Below, piece after piece: positions 9,732 to 19,016 of a DNA stretch of 64,000 nt. Source of the DNA: Candidatus Sumerlaeia bacterium (GTDB taxonomy: Bacteria; Sumerlaeota; Sumerlaeia; SLMS01; JANRJK01); NCBI GenBank assembly GCA_033764015.1, contig JANRJK010000013.1:1-64000 (forward strand). The letters are read 5' to 3'. The notes under the pieces are model-generated. The model saw only the letters and a program-made list of their open reading frames with translations. It did not search any database and was not told the origin of the DNA. The stretch's first letter is position 1, and every line of letters starts with the position of its first letter. The translations under genes were made by a program, and so were the position numbers.

Positions 9732-11081
9732 ATGCCAGCCCCGCTACCGGCCGCCCCGCGCGAAAAGCACTACCGCGACCCCATCCACAACATCATCACC
9801 CTCGACCTCTCCACGGAGGAGGACCGCGTCCTCTCCGCGCTGATCGACACCTGCGAGTTCCAGCGCCTCCGCCGCATCCGCCAGCTCGGCATGGCCCACA
9901 TGGCCTTCCAAGGTGCCGAGCACTCGCGCTTCACCCATTCGATCGGCGTCATGCACCTCGCGCGCCGACTCCTGGAGCGCCTGCGCCGGCACCACTTCGT
10001 CGAGCCCCGCAAGGCGCTCGCGGTGCAGTGCGCCGCCCTCCTCCACGACCTCGGCCACGGCCCCTTCTCGCATGTGATCGAGAAGTTCTTCACCCGCCAC
10101 CACGAGGAGTGGACGCGGCTGGCGATCCTCGATCCCGACACCGAAGTGCACCGGGTCCTCGCGAGCTACGACCGCGAGTTCCCCGCGGACGTCGCCGCCG
10201 CGCTCACCAACGAACTGAAGCCGCGCTGGCTCTGCTCCCTCATCTCCAGCCAACTCGACGCGGACCGCTTCGACTACCTGCTGCGCGACTCGCACATGAC
10301 GGGCGCCCGCTACGGCGTCTTCGACCTCGAACGGCTGATGCTCATGCTCCGCGTCCACGAGGACCAGGAGCGCGTCGTCGTCGCCGCCAAGGGGCTCCTC
10401 CCCCTCGAGAAGTACCTACAGTCGCGCTACCAGATGTACCGCCAGGTGTACTTCCACAAGACGGTCACCTCCGCGGAGGCGATGCTGATGGCGGCGCTGC
10501 GCCGCGCCAGCGACCTCGCCCGCGAGGGGCGCCTCGAGGAGCTGCCCGGGCGGTCCCCCTTCCGCCGCGTCCTCGCGGGCCAAAGCGACCTCGCCGTGGC
10601 GGACTACCTCGCGCTCGACGACAGCGTGGTGCTCGGCGCGCTCAACGACTGGAGCCGCGGCGCCGATCCGGTGCTCCGCGACCTGTCGAACCGGCTCCTC
10701 AACCGACGCCTCTTCAAGGCGGTCGAGATCGCGGACCCGGAGAACGACATGTTCATGGCGGGCCGCATGGAGCACGCCCGCGAAATCATCTCGCGCACGG
10801 GGCTCGACCCCCGCTTCTACCTGCTCCTCTCGAAGTCCGCGGACACGCCGTACAAGCCGTACGCCGGGCGCGGCGCCAAGTCCGCCATCTGGATCGAAGA
10901 CGAACGCGACCCCTCGGTGCTCCGCGAGGTGCAGGACGTTTCGCCCACCATCGCCGCGTTCACGCAGCGCTACGACATCCACCGGGCGTTCTTCCCCGCG
11001 ACTGCGGGGGACGCGGAACTCCGGTCGCTGCTTTTCGCCACGCTCTCGGAAGCCCCCGCCGCGCCTCCCGACGCACGTTAA
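9732..11081 (+). CDS. HD-domain dNTP triphosphohydrolase-like protein (SAMHD1/YwfO family)
   Basis: RDPIH, EFQRLRRIRQLG, AEHSRFTHSIG, LLHDLGHGPFSH, LDADRFDYLLRDS, MYRQVYFHK. Confidence 0.93.
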   Translation: MPAPLPAAPREKHYRDPIHNIITLDLSTEEDRVLSALIDTCEFQRLRRIRQLGMAHMAFQGAEHSRFTHSIGVMHLARRLLERLRRHHFVEPRKALAVQCAALLHDLGHGPFSHVIEKFFTRHHEEWTRLAILDPDTEVHRVLASYDREFPADVAAALTNELKPRWLCSLISSQLDADRFDYLLRDSHMTGARYGVFDLERLMLMLRVHEDQERVVVAAKGLLPLEKYLQSRYQMYRQVYFHKTVTSAEAMLMAALRRASDLAREGRLEELPGRSPFRRVLAGQSDLAVADYLALDDSVVLGALNDWSRGADPVLRDLSNRLLNRRLFKAVEIADPENDMFMAGRMEHAREIISRTGLDPRFYLLLSKSADTPYKPYAGRGAKSAIWIEDERDPSVLREVQDVSPTIAAFTQRYDIHRAFFPATAGDAELRSLLFATLSEAPAAPPDAR

Positions 11082-11175
11082 GCGCTTCCGCGCCCGATTC
11101 CGCTCGCGCGGCGGGGGAGCCCCCCCCGACGCTCCCCGGCAGCCAAACGCGCCCACGCGCCAGCACCGGAGTTCC

Positions 11176-12930
11176 ATGAGCACCACCGAAGAAGCACCCA
11201 CCGCCACATTCCAAGCACTCGGTCTTTCGCCGGAGCTCCTCCGCGCGCTGGACGACGTTGGCTACGAGTCCCCCACCCCGATCCAAGACGCCGTCATCCC
11301 GCTGCTGCTCGGCGGCCGCGACGTGGTCGGCCAGGCCGCCACCGGCACCGGCAAGACCGGCGCCTTCGCGCTGCCCATCCTCCAGCGGGTCGAGCGCGGA
11401 CAGACCGAACCGCAGGCGCTCGTCCTGGTGCCCACGCGCGAGCTGGCGATCCAGGTTTCCGAAGCCTTCCAGAAGTACGCCACCCACATGCCCGGCTTCC
11501 ACGTGCTGCCGGTCTACGGCGGACAGAGCTACGAACCGCAGCTCCGCCAGCTCCGCCGCGCCACCCAGGTGGTCGTCGGCACGCCCGGCCGCCTCGCGGA
11601 CCACCTGCGCCGCGGCACGCTCGACCTGGCCAAGCTCCGCTTCCTCGTCATCGACGAGGCGGACGAAATGCTCCGCATGGGCTTCCTCGAAGAGGTGGAG
11701 TTCATCCTCGGGCACACGCCGGAAGGCAGGCAGACAGCACTGTTCTCCGCGACGATGCCGGAGCCGATCCGCCGCATCGCGTCGCGCTACATGGCCAACG
11801 CGGCGGAGGCGACGATCCGCCAGCGCACCGCCACCGCCTCCACGATCCGCCAGCGCTACTGGATGGTCGCCGGCCTGCATAAGCTCGACGCCCTCACGCG
11901 CATCCTCGAAGGCGAGACCTTCGATGCGATGCTGGTGTTCGTGCGGACCAAGACGGCGGCGCTGGATCTCGCCCGCCGGCTCGAGGCGCGCGGCTTCGCT
12001 TGCGCGCCGCTCAACGGCGACGTCCCGCAGCGCGAGCGCGAAGCCACCGTCGAGAAGCTCCGCAACAGCGAGCTCGACATCATCGTGGCCACCGACGTGG
12101 CGGCCCGCGGGCTCGACGTGGCGCGCGTCTCGCACGTGGTGAACTACGACATCCCCACCGACTACGAATCCTACATCCACCGCATCGGGCGCACCGGCCG
12201 GGCCGGTCGCGCGGGCGAGGCGATCCTCTTCGTCGCGCCCCGCGAGCGCCGCCTCCTGCAAGCCATCGAAAAGGCGACCCGCCAGCCCATCGCCCTGATG
12301 GAGCTGCCCTCCGCGGCCGCCATCAACGACATCCGCGTCGCCAAGTTCAAGCAGCGCATCCTCGACACGCTCGCGGTCGAGGAACTCGGCGAGTACCAGC
12401 AGATCGTCGAGGACATCCGCCAAAGCCAGAACATCCCCGCGATCACCATCGCCGCCGCCCTGGCGAAGATGGCGCACGGCGAGGAGCCGCTGCTGCTCTC
12501 GCCGGAGCGCCCCGGTTGGAAACCCGCCGCCTCCACACCCGCGGAGCGCGACGAGGCGCCCTCGGGACCGCCGCGCAAGCGCCGCCTCGAAGGCGAAGCC
12601 ACACGCCTGTACCGCCTCGACGTCGGCCACCGCGACGGCGTCCGCCCCTCTCAGATCGTCGGCGCGATCGCCAACGAAGCGGGCGTTTCCGGCGAGTTCA
12701 TCGGCGCCATCACGATCCGCGACACGTTCAGCTTCGTCGAGCTCCCCGCCGGACTGCCGGACGATATCCTCGAACTGGTTTCGGACGCGCGCGTGTGCGG
12801 ACGGCCGCTGCGGATCCGCGAGGCCACCCCGGGCGACCCGCTGGCGCGCCGCGGTCCCGCGGACGGCCCGCAGAAGCCACGCAAGTTCGTCTCCTTCCGC
12901 AAGAGCCGTGGAGACGACCGCCGCGGTTGA
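11176..12930 (+). CDS. deaD: DEAD-box RNA helicase (CsdA/DeaD type) with DbpA-type RNA-binding C-terminus
   Basis: Q motif, ATGTGKT, PTRELA, DEADEM, FSAT, ATDVAARGLD, HRIGRTGRAG; C-terminal YRLDVGHRDGVRPSQIVGAIANE. Confidence 0.95.
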   Translation: MSTTEEAPTATFQALGLSPELLRALDDVGYESPTPIQDAVIPLLLGGRDVVGQAATGTGKTGAFALPILQRVERGQTEPQALVLVPTRELAIQVSEAFQKYATHMPGFHVLPVYGGQSYEPQLRQLRRATQVVVGTPGRLADHLRRGTLDLAKLRFLVIDEADEMLRMGFLEEVEFILGHTPEGRQTALFSATMPEPIRRIASRYMANAAEATIRQRTATASTIRQRYWMVAGLHKLDALTRILEGETFDAMLVFVRTKTAALDLARRLEARGFACAPLNGDVPQREREATVEKLRNSELDIIVATDVAARGLDVARVSHVVNYDIPTDYESYIHRIGRTGRAGRAGEAILFVAPRERRLLQAIEKATRQPIALMELPSAAAINDIRVAKFKQRILDTLAVEELGEYQQIVEDIRQSQNIPAITIAAALAKMAHGEEPLLLSPERPGWKPAASTPAERDEAPSGPPRKRRLEGEATRLYRLDVGHRDGVRPSQIVGAIANEAGVSGEFIGAITIRDTFSFVELPAGLPDDILELVSDARVCGRPLRIREATPGDPLARRGPADGPQKPRKFVSFRKSRGDDRRG

Positions 12931-12952
12931 AGCGATCCGCCTTGAACCGGAA

Positions 12953-12993
12953 CAAAACGAGAGCCGCCCCGTCGCCGGGGCGGCTCGCTGTTT
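12953..12993. terminator. Probable bidirectional intrinsic terminator between convergent deaD and the TIGR04073-like genes
   Basis: Stem GAGCCGCCCCG-TCGC-CGGGGCGGCTC (12961-12986), flanked by AAAA on the left and GTTT on the right. Confidence 0.75.
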
Positions 12994-13015
12994 CCTGGAG
13001 GTGGAGCCGAGCGAC

Positions 13016-13537
13016 TTAGTAGGTCGTCGTCGTGCCGGTGTTCGTGCGGGAATCCGTGCGCGGCGTCGAGACCGTGCGGCCGTAGTCCACCGCGGCGCCG
13101 AGGTTCTGCGAGCCGGCCATGTACTCGTCGCGGTAGAGCGGAAGGCGGTCGCCCCAGACGGTCGGCAGGACGAACTCCGGCTCCATGAGCGGCTGGTAGT
13201 CGTTCGGGATCGGGAAGGGGAAGCTGACGACGTCGTACACGCCGCCAAGCGTGCGCCCGACGGTCCAGACGACGCCTTGGACGGTGCCGAGGATCGTGCC
13301 GGTGAAGGGGTCGGTCTTGCGCCACTCCTTGGCGATGTTGCGCGGGACCTCGATCCAGCCGAACAGGACGTTGGAGACGCCGCGCCCGAGCTTGTGGAAC
13401 ATCTTCGAGATGTCGGTCTGCTCGCGGTAGGCATCGTCCGGGGTGTCGTAGCCTGCCGTCGCGGCGGTGGGCACGACCATGGCCGCGGTGACTGCGGCGG
13501 CTGCGGCTGCGAGGGTGATGCGGCGGATACGGCTCAT
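13016..13537 (-). CDS. TIGR04073-like (exosortase-associated) exported protein
   Basis: Signal peptide, then KLGRGVSNVLFGWIEVP...GRTLGGVYDVVSFPFPIP..YQPLMEPEFV. Confidence 0.8.
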   Translation of the reverse strand: MSRIRRITLAAAAAAVTAAMVVPTAATAGYDTPDDAYREQTDISKMFHKLGRGVSNVLFGWIEVPRNIAKEWRKTDPFTGTILGTVQGVVWTVGRTLGGVYDVVSFPFPIPNDYQPLMEPEFVLPTVWGDRLPLYRDEYMAGSQNLGAAVDYGRTVSTPRTDSRTNTGTTTTY

Positions 13538-13583
13538 GCTGGCGTCGCTCCTGGGAAGGCGGCCGCGCTGGGCGGCGCGGGGG

Positions 13584-13973
13584 TTATTCGACTTCGTCGA
13601 TGAAGGGAAACTCAGTGCGCTGGACCGACTGGTAGTTGTTGTCGTACACGTCCACCGGGAACGTCGCGACGTCCACCGCGCCGAGCGCGAAGCGGCGCAC
13701 GGTGTACCAGAGGCCCTGGCCGGTGCCGACGAACACGCCCGAGACGTTGTCCGTGTTCTGGATTTCGCGGTTGATCTCGAGCGGAAGCTCGACCCAGCAG
13801 AACAGGACGTTTCCCACGCCGCGGAAGAGCTTCGTGGACGCCTTGCTGGGATAGGTCGAGCCGTACAGCGGTCCGGTCGCGGATACCAGCGCGGGCGCGG
13901 CAAGCGCGGCGGCGGCGGCGAGCGCGCATCCGAAACGCAGGGCGGTCCGCCTTGTCGCCGTGGAGTAAACCAT
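13584..13973 (-). CDS. TIGR04073-like exported protein, second paralog
   Basis: KLFRGVGNVLFCWVELP...RRFALGAVDVATFP, clearly homologous to the neighbouring gene. Confidence 0.78.
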   Translation of the reverse strand: MVYSTATRRTALRFGCALAAAAALAAPALVSATGPLYGSTYPSKASTKLFRGVGNVLFCWVELPLEINREIQNTDNVSGVFVGTGQGLWYTVRRFALGAVDVATFPVDVYDNNYQSVQRTEFPFIDEVE

Positions 13974-14220
13974 GCGGGGCACCTCCGGATAATCCGGCAG
14001 ATTCGCATCAACTGCCTGCAACGTGACTGTTAGCAAGGCCGCGGCGTTGGACGGTCGCAACCGGAAATTCGCACCCGGCCCGGCCTCTCGTCGATCCGCG
14101 GTGAAGCCCGCGCGGGACCACCACGAGATCGACACATTTTTTACGATTGCAGGGATGCCTCCCCTGCATCACCGTTACGCAGCACTTCCAGCCTCCATCC
14201 CGCTGTTCGAGGTTTCCCCC

Positions 14221-15390
14221 ATGACCTTTGCCGGATTCCGCGTGCTCGCAGTCAGCGCCTGCGTCGCCGTACTCGGCCTCATGACCGCGGCGGTGCCGCG
14301 CGTCCTTGCCCAGGGCGCTCTCACACCGCCCCCCGGCCCCATCGAGCCGTGCATGAAGACGCTCGACCAGATCGCCCCGTCGGTCCCCGTCGCCGCCGTC
14401 GACTTCCCTCTGATCATCAGCCAGCCGGGATCCTATTACCTCACCGAGACCGTCTTCTTCGACGACTCGCTGACCTCCGACGCGATCACGATCACCTCGG
14501 ACAACGTGACGCTGGACATGAACGGCTTCAGCCTCATCTACGCATCGCGGGGCGTCACCAAGTCGCAACAGGATGGCGAAGCCCGCGGATTCCTACCCGC
14601 CGGAATCCGGGTCTTCTTCGATTTCGGCCAGTTCACCCCCAAGGGGAGCGATACCGGGTTCTTCTTTGGACTCTCGGGAATCCGCGTCACCAACGGCAGC
14701 ATCGTCGGCTTCCCCGGGGAGGGCTATAGCGGCGACGAGGGCTACGCGGCCGTCCTCGAGAACATGCACTTCCGCCAGAACGGCAACGACGGCGCGCGGC
14801 TCGGCCCCGGCGGCGTGATTCGGAACTGCACCGCGCTGCTCAACGGCCGCGACGGCATCCTCTCGCGCGAGTACTCGACGCTCGACGGCTGCACCGCGGG
14901 CCTCAACGGCTTCAGCGGCTTCTGCGTCGGCCCCGGTGGAACCATCACCAACTCCAACGCCTACGAGAATCTCCAGAACGGCATCTACGGCATGGGCGAC
15001 AGCACGCGAATCCGGAACTGCGTCGCGACTCTCAACGGGCAGGACGGCATCCGCGTCGTGAACGATTCGGTGGTCGAGGGGTGCACCGCGAACTTCAACG
15101 GCACCACCGGCGTCGGCTCCGGCGTCCGCGCCACGGTCGGCCGCAACCGCCTCGAATCCAACACCACCATGAGCAACATCAAGGGTGTCTCGGTGGATTC
15201 GAACGGCTTCGGCAACCTCGTCGTGAAGAACAACTCCGGCGGCAACGTCGCCGGCAACTACGTCGTGGACACCTCCCGCAACGCTTTCGCGCCCGTCAGC
15301 ACACTCGGATTTGTCGCGAGTCCGCTCCGCGGCGGCCCGACGTTCACCGCGGGCCCGTGGGACAACTTCGAGCTCTTCGAACAGAATTGA
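14221..15390 (+). CDS. Secreted right-handed parallel beta-helix repeat protein
   Basis: Signal peptide, LTPPPGPIEPCMKTLDQI, ISQPGSYYLT, ITITSDNVTLDMNGFSL, then about 22-aa repeats of the form IRNCTAxxNGxDGI. Confidence 0.85.
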   Translation: MTFAGFRVLAVSACVAVLGLMTAAVPRVLAQGALTPPPGPIEPCMKTLDQIAPSVPVAAVDFPLIISQPGSYYLTETVFFDDSLTSDAITITSDNVTLDMNGFSLIYASRGVTKSQQDGEARGFLPAGIRVFFDFGQFTPKGSDTGFFFGLSGIRVTNGSIVGFPGEGYSGDEGYAAVLENMHFRQNGNDGARLGPGGVIRNCTALLNGRDGILSREYSTLDGCTAGLNGFSGFCVGPGGTITNSNAYENLQNGIYGMGDSTRIRNCVATLNGQDGIRVVNDSVVEGCTANFNGTTGVGSGVRATVGRNRLESNTTMSNIKGVSVDSNGFGNLVVKNNSGGNVAGNYVVDTSRNAFAPVSTLGFVASPLRGGPTFTAGPWDNFELFEQN

Positions 15391-15424
15391 TGCCTTGCAA
15401 CCTCTTTTCCAGGAGCCTGCAACC

Positions 15425-16057
15425 ATGACGGCATCCAACCTGCGCGCAGTGCTGGCCTCAGCCGCCGTGCTCGCGGGCGGCGCCTTCGCCGCCACGCCGC
15501 CAACGGACCCGGGCGACCACTCTTGGGGGGCCAGTATCGGCTGGCTTCGCTGGGACGCGGCCGGGGAACAGAGCGCGTCCTTCAACCGCTGGCACGGCTC
15601 CGGCCTCGTCTGGAGCGCCAACGCCGGCTGGATCAACCTCGGCGACGGCTCGCCCGCCAACGGGCACAAGTACGCCAATGAGGCCGGCGAGGACTTCGGC
15701 GTGAACGTGGACGCCACCAGCGACCGCGGCCACTTCCTCCTCAGCGGCCTCGCCTGGTCCGCCAACCTCGGCTGGATCAGCTTCGACGCCCCCGAGGGCG
15801 CCGCGGCGGAAGACCTGCCCCGAATCGAGAAGAACACCGGCCTCCTGAAGGGCCGCGCCTGGTCCGCCAACGTCGGCTGGCTCACGTTCGAAACCGGCAA
15901 GGAGGAAGCCTTCGTCCAGACCGGCCTCCTCCGTCCCGCGTCCGAAGTGTTCAACGCGATCCTCGGGCACGAAACGCCCCACCCGGGCCTCGACGTCGAC
16001 GGTAACGGAGTCATCGACACGAACGACGTGCGCGAGCTTGTCGTCGTGATCCCCTGA
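15425..16057 (+). CDS. Secreted protein with four WSANxGW[IL]xF-type repeats and a C-terminal EF-hand/dockerin-like loop
   Basis: WGASIGWLRW, WSANAGWINL, WSANLGWISF, WSANVGWLTF; tail LDVDGNGVIDTNDV; AGGAG Shine-Dalgarno upstream. Confidence 0.8.
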   Translation: MTASNLRAVLASAAVLAGGAFAATPPTDPGDHSWGASIGWLRWDAAGEQSASFNRWHGSGLVWSANAGWINLGDGSPANGHKYANEAGEDFGVNVDATSDRGHFLLSGLAWSANLGWISFDAPEGAAAEDLPRIEKNTGLLKGRAWSANVGWLTFETGKEEAFVQTGLLRPASEVFNAILGHETPHPGLDVDGNGVIDTNDVRELVVVIP

Positions 16058-16081
16058 CCCCGCCAACCCGCAGTGGAACAC

Positions 16082-16119
16082 AGCCGCCGCCGGACCCGTT
16101 CCGGCGGCGGCTTCCTTTT
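16082..16119 (+). terminator. Intrinsic terminator
   Basis: 13-bp stem AGCCGCCGCCGGA-CCCGT-TCCGGCGGCGGCT followed by TCCTTTT. Confidence 0.8.
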
Positions 16120-16122
16120 GCG

Positions 16123-17562
16123 TCAGAACTCGATCTCGTAGAGCACCCGCTTCTGGATAACCCACGGCTGCGCGTAGTTCGGCGACAAGACGCTGTGGTG
16201 CAGCACCACGAGCACCTTCCAGGCAAGCCCCGAGAGGAGCACCGCGAACAGCAGGCGCCGCCGCATCGCCCCCATGCGCGCCTCCACCTCCGGGTTGCGC
16301 AGCAGCGCGACCGCCAGCGCCGTGATGCCGATGCCCGCGCTGCTGTACAGGTTGCTGTCCATGTAGTACGGCAGCTCGTTGTTCCAGAGCAGCATGAAGG
16401 CCCCGCCGCACACGCAGAGCGCCGCGCACAGGCGCACCACCGGATCGCGCCACGCCTCCCGCGGCGCGTACACCGCCGCCGTCGTCAGGGCCAGCGTCCC
16501 GGGCCACGCCGCGAAGCACGACTGGCAGAGCACATGCGCCAGCCGCCGCGGGTCGAGCGTGCTGTCGTAGAGGATGTTCCCCGCCAGCAGCGGGTTGGAG
16601 CGGTCCACGAACGGCAGCAGTTTCCCCTGCGAGGCGTGGGATCCGAAGAAGAACGCGAGGTCGAATCCGAAGAAGTAGGCCGAGGTGAGCGTGAACATCG
16701 CGGGAAGGACCAGCGCCGCGACGGCGAGCTGGCGCCCGGCGGGGGGCTCCGCGCGGAACCGCCGCCAAAGCAGGTAGAGCAGCGCCGGGAAGTAGAAGCC
16801 GATCTGCAGGTGGAACGCGGCGCTGGCGCCGAACGCGGCGCAAGGCTGCCAGAGCGGCGCGCGGCCGCGGACCGATTCCACCGCGAGCACCACGAACAGG
16901 AAGTTCAGCGCGACCGCCGGGCCGTAGTGCTCCACCTGTCCCAGCATCACCTGGTTCCAGTTGCCGAGCGCGAACATCGCCGCGGCTCCCGCGCCCAGCA
17001 TCGCCATGCGCCGGCCACGCCAATGCCACAGGAGCGCCAGCAGCGAAGCCGTCACCGCGATGCCGATGAAGTTGTACGTCGTCGAGGGGTCGAAATGCAG
17101 CAGCCGGCTCAGCCAGCGGTGGCCCCACGTCCCGGTGACCGAAGCGAAGACTTCGTCGTAGGAAAGCCACAGCCCGCGCGCCGAGAACGCCTCCCGCGGC
17201 ACCAGCTCGCCCGCGTAGAAGAGCGAGTCCGCGTAGCGCAGGTCCGTCTGGCGGAACGCCCACAAGGCGGCGAGCGCCGCGGTGAACAGCAGGAACGGCG
17301 ACCGCGAGGAGACGTCGCCGAGCGTCCGCGCGGCGTCGTGGTGCAGAGCGTCGAGCAGTCGCCGCGGCGCGAGGAGCGCCGCCACCGGCAGCGCCACCAC
17401 CAGCGCCCTCAGGTACCAGGGATACTGCCATGTCTGGATGCCGGCCCACCACCAGTCCGCGGCCGTCTCGATCCCGTACCAGTCGCGGACGAAGAGCAGG
17501 AGGACCGCGAAGGCGAGCCAGGCGGCGAGCAGCGCGGCCGCCGCCGCGTCACGCCGACGCAT
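16123..17562 (-). CDS. Polytopic membrane protein, probable GT-C fold glycosyltransferase
   Basis: Many TM segments; first loop YADSLFY; GQVEHYG and AAFHLQ resemble the VEVY and xxH motifs of DUF2723/PMT-like GT-C proteins. Confidence 0.6.
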   Translation of the reverse strand: MRRRDAAAAALLAAWLAFAVLLLFVRDWYGIETAADWWWAGIQTWQYPWYLRALVVALPVAALLAPRRLLDALHHDAARTLGDVSSRSPFLLFTAALAALWAFRQTDLRYADSLFYAGELVPREAFSARGLWLSYDEVFASVTGTWGHRWLSRLLHFDPSTTYNFIGIAVTASLLALLWHWRGRRMAMLGAGAAAMFALGNWNQVMLGQVEHYGPAVALNFLFVVLAVESVRGRAPLWQPCAAFGASAAFHLQIGFYFPALLYLLWRRFRAEPPAGRQLAVAALVLPAMFTLTSAYFFGFDLAFFFGSHASQGKLLPFVDRSNPLLAGNILYDSTLDPRRLAHVLCQSCFAAWPGTLALTTAAVYAPREAWRDPVVRLCAALCVCGGAFMLLWNNELPYYMDSNLYSSAGIGITALAVALLRNPEVEARMGAMRRRLLFAVLLSGLAWKVLVVLHHSVLSPNYAQPWVIQKRVLYEIEF

Positions 17563-19000
17563 CGGGGGCCTCGGGTACCGGCGACATGCGGGCGAGCGCG
17601 AGAGCGCCTCCCGCCGCCACCCAGAACAGCGCGGCGCGGTCGGCGAACTGGAGCGGACCGCTCAGCACCGACACCGCTGCGGTGGACGCCAGCGCCGCCA
17701 GCAGCGCCGCCGCGAGCCACGCGTCCTCCCGACTCCCCTCCCGCATCCTCCGAAGCAGCGACGCCGCGAGGGCCGACAGGAACAGCAGGTACAGCGCCAG
17801 GCCCGGAAGGCCGAGTTCCGCCGCGATCTCGACATAGTCGCTGTGCGCGAAGCTGGCGGAGATGCCCACGAAGGACCCCTGCGCCCAGCCCAGCGCTCCC
17901 GTCGCATCATCCGCGGCGAGGCGCGCCAGCGCGTCCTGGACCGAGGGGCCGAAGCGCCCGTGCCCGACGCCGGTGGCCGGGTGCGCGGCGAGCATGGCGC
18001 TCCCCGCGAGGTAGAGCGTGAGGCGCCCGCGCGCCGAGTCGTCGAGCGGGCTCGCGCCGCGGGCGAGCCGCTCGCGCAGCCCGGGCACGGCGAGCGCCAG
18101 CGCGGCGAGCAGCGCCGCGAGCGCGCCGAGGGCCGCGAGCGACCGCCCCGCCGTCATCCCTCGCCGGCGCAGCACCATCGGCAGGCACGCCGCCGCGCCG
18201 CCCGCGCCGAGGCCCAGCAGCGCGTTGCGGGTCTGGCTGGCGGCGATGCCGCCCAGCGCCGCCAGCAGCGCCGCCGCGCCGAGGCCCGCCAGCCACCAGC
18301 GCCGCGTCGCCGCGCCGCCCAGCGCCAACGCGAGGCCCAGCGAGCCCACCGCGGCCAGATAGGTCCCGACGTACTCCGGGTTCCCGAGCGTGGAGAGCAC
18401 GTGCCGACGGCCGCTTGCCAGGAGGAGCGCGCTCCGGAGCGCCTCGCGCTGGCTGTCGCTGGCCTCCGCGAGGTCGCGGGGATCGTACCCGTAGGCGAAG
18501 TTGTTGAAGGCGCGGTCCCCGGCCGCGGACGCCGCCGCGACTCCACCGGCGACAAGGCCGCCCAGCGCCGCCGCCGCCAGCACGGAGCGCAGCGCGCCGC
18601 GCCCGTCGAGCAGCAGGGGCGCGGCGGCGGCCACCAACATTCCGCCGAACCAGAGGGACGCCCCGCGCAGCGCATCGGCGGCGGGGCCGGACCAGGCGAG
18701 GGCCAACGCGCTCCAGGCGATGCACGCGAGGAGCGCCGCCTGCGGCGCGTCGAGCCGCGGCGCCGCGCCGCGGCGGTCCGCCAGGCGCCACGCCGCGCAC
18801 AGCAGCGCCACGCATGCGAGGGCGCCGAAGAGCGCGCGCTTTCCCGCCAGAACCGGAGCTTCGGCGGTGGCCAGGCCCGGGAAGACCGCCACCGGGAGCA
18901 GGCCCGCCAGCAGCGCGAGCGCGAACGCACCGGCGAGGCCCGCCGCACGGTGCGCCGCGCCGGCGCCTGTGGAACCGCGGGACGCCGCGGCAGCGCCCAC
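17549..19000 (-). CDS. O-antigen ligase family (Wzy_C) membrane protein
   Basis: STLGNPEY, SQTRNALLG, SARGRL, HPATGVGHGRF, FAHSDYVEIAAELGLPG. Confidence 0.85.
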   Translation of the reverse strand: MGAAAASRGSTGAGAAHRAAGLAGAFALALLAGLLPVAVFPGLATAEAPVLAGKRALFGALACVALLCAAWRLADRRGAAPRLDAPQAALLACIAWSALALAWSGPAADALRGASLWFGGMLVAAAAPLLLDGRGALRSVLAAAALGGLVAGGVAAASAAGDRAFNNFAYGYDPRDLAEASDSQREALRSALLLASGRRHVLSTLGNPEYVGTYLAAVGSLGLALALGGAATRRWWLAGLGAAALLAALGGIAASQTRNALLGLGAGGAAACLPMVLRRRGMTAGRSLAALGALAALLAALALAVPGLRERLARGASPLDDSARGRLTLYLAGSAMLAAHPATGVGHGRFGPSVQDALARLAADDATGALGWAQGSFVGISASFAHSDYVEIAAELGLPGLALYLLFLSALAASLLRRMREGSREDAWLAAALLAALASTAAVSVLSGPLQFADRAALFWVAAGGALALARMSPVPEAPDASA

Positions 19001-19016
19001 CGGTCGCGCCCCGAAC

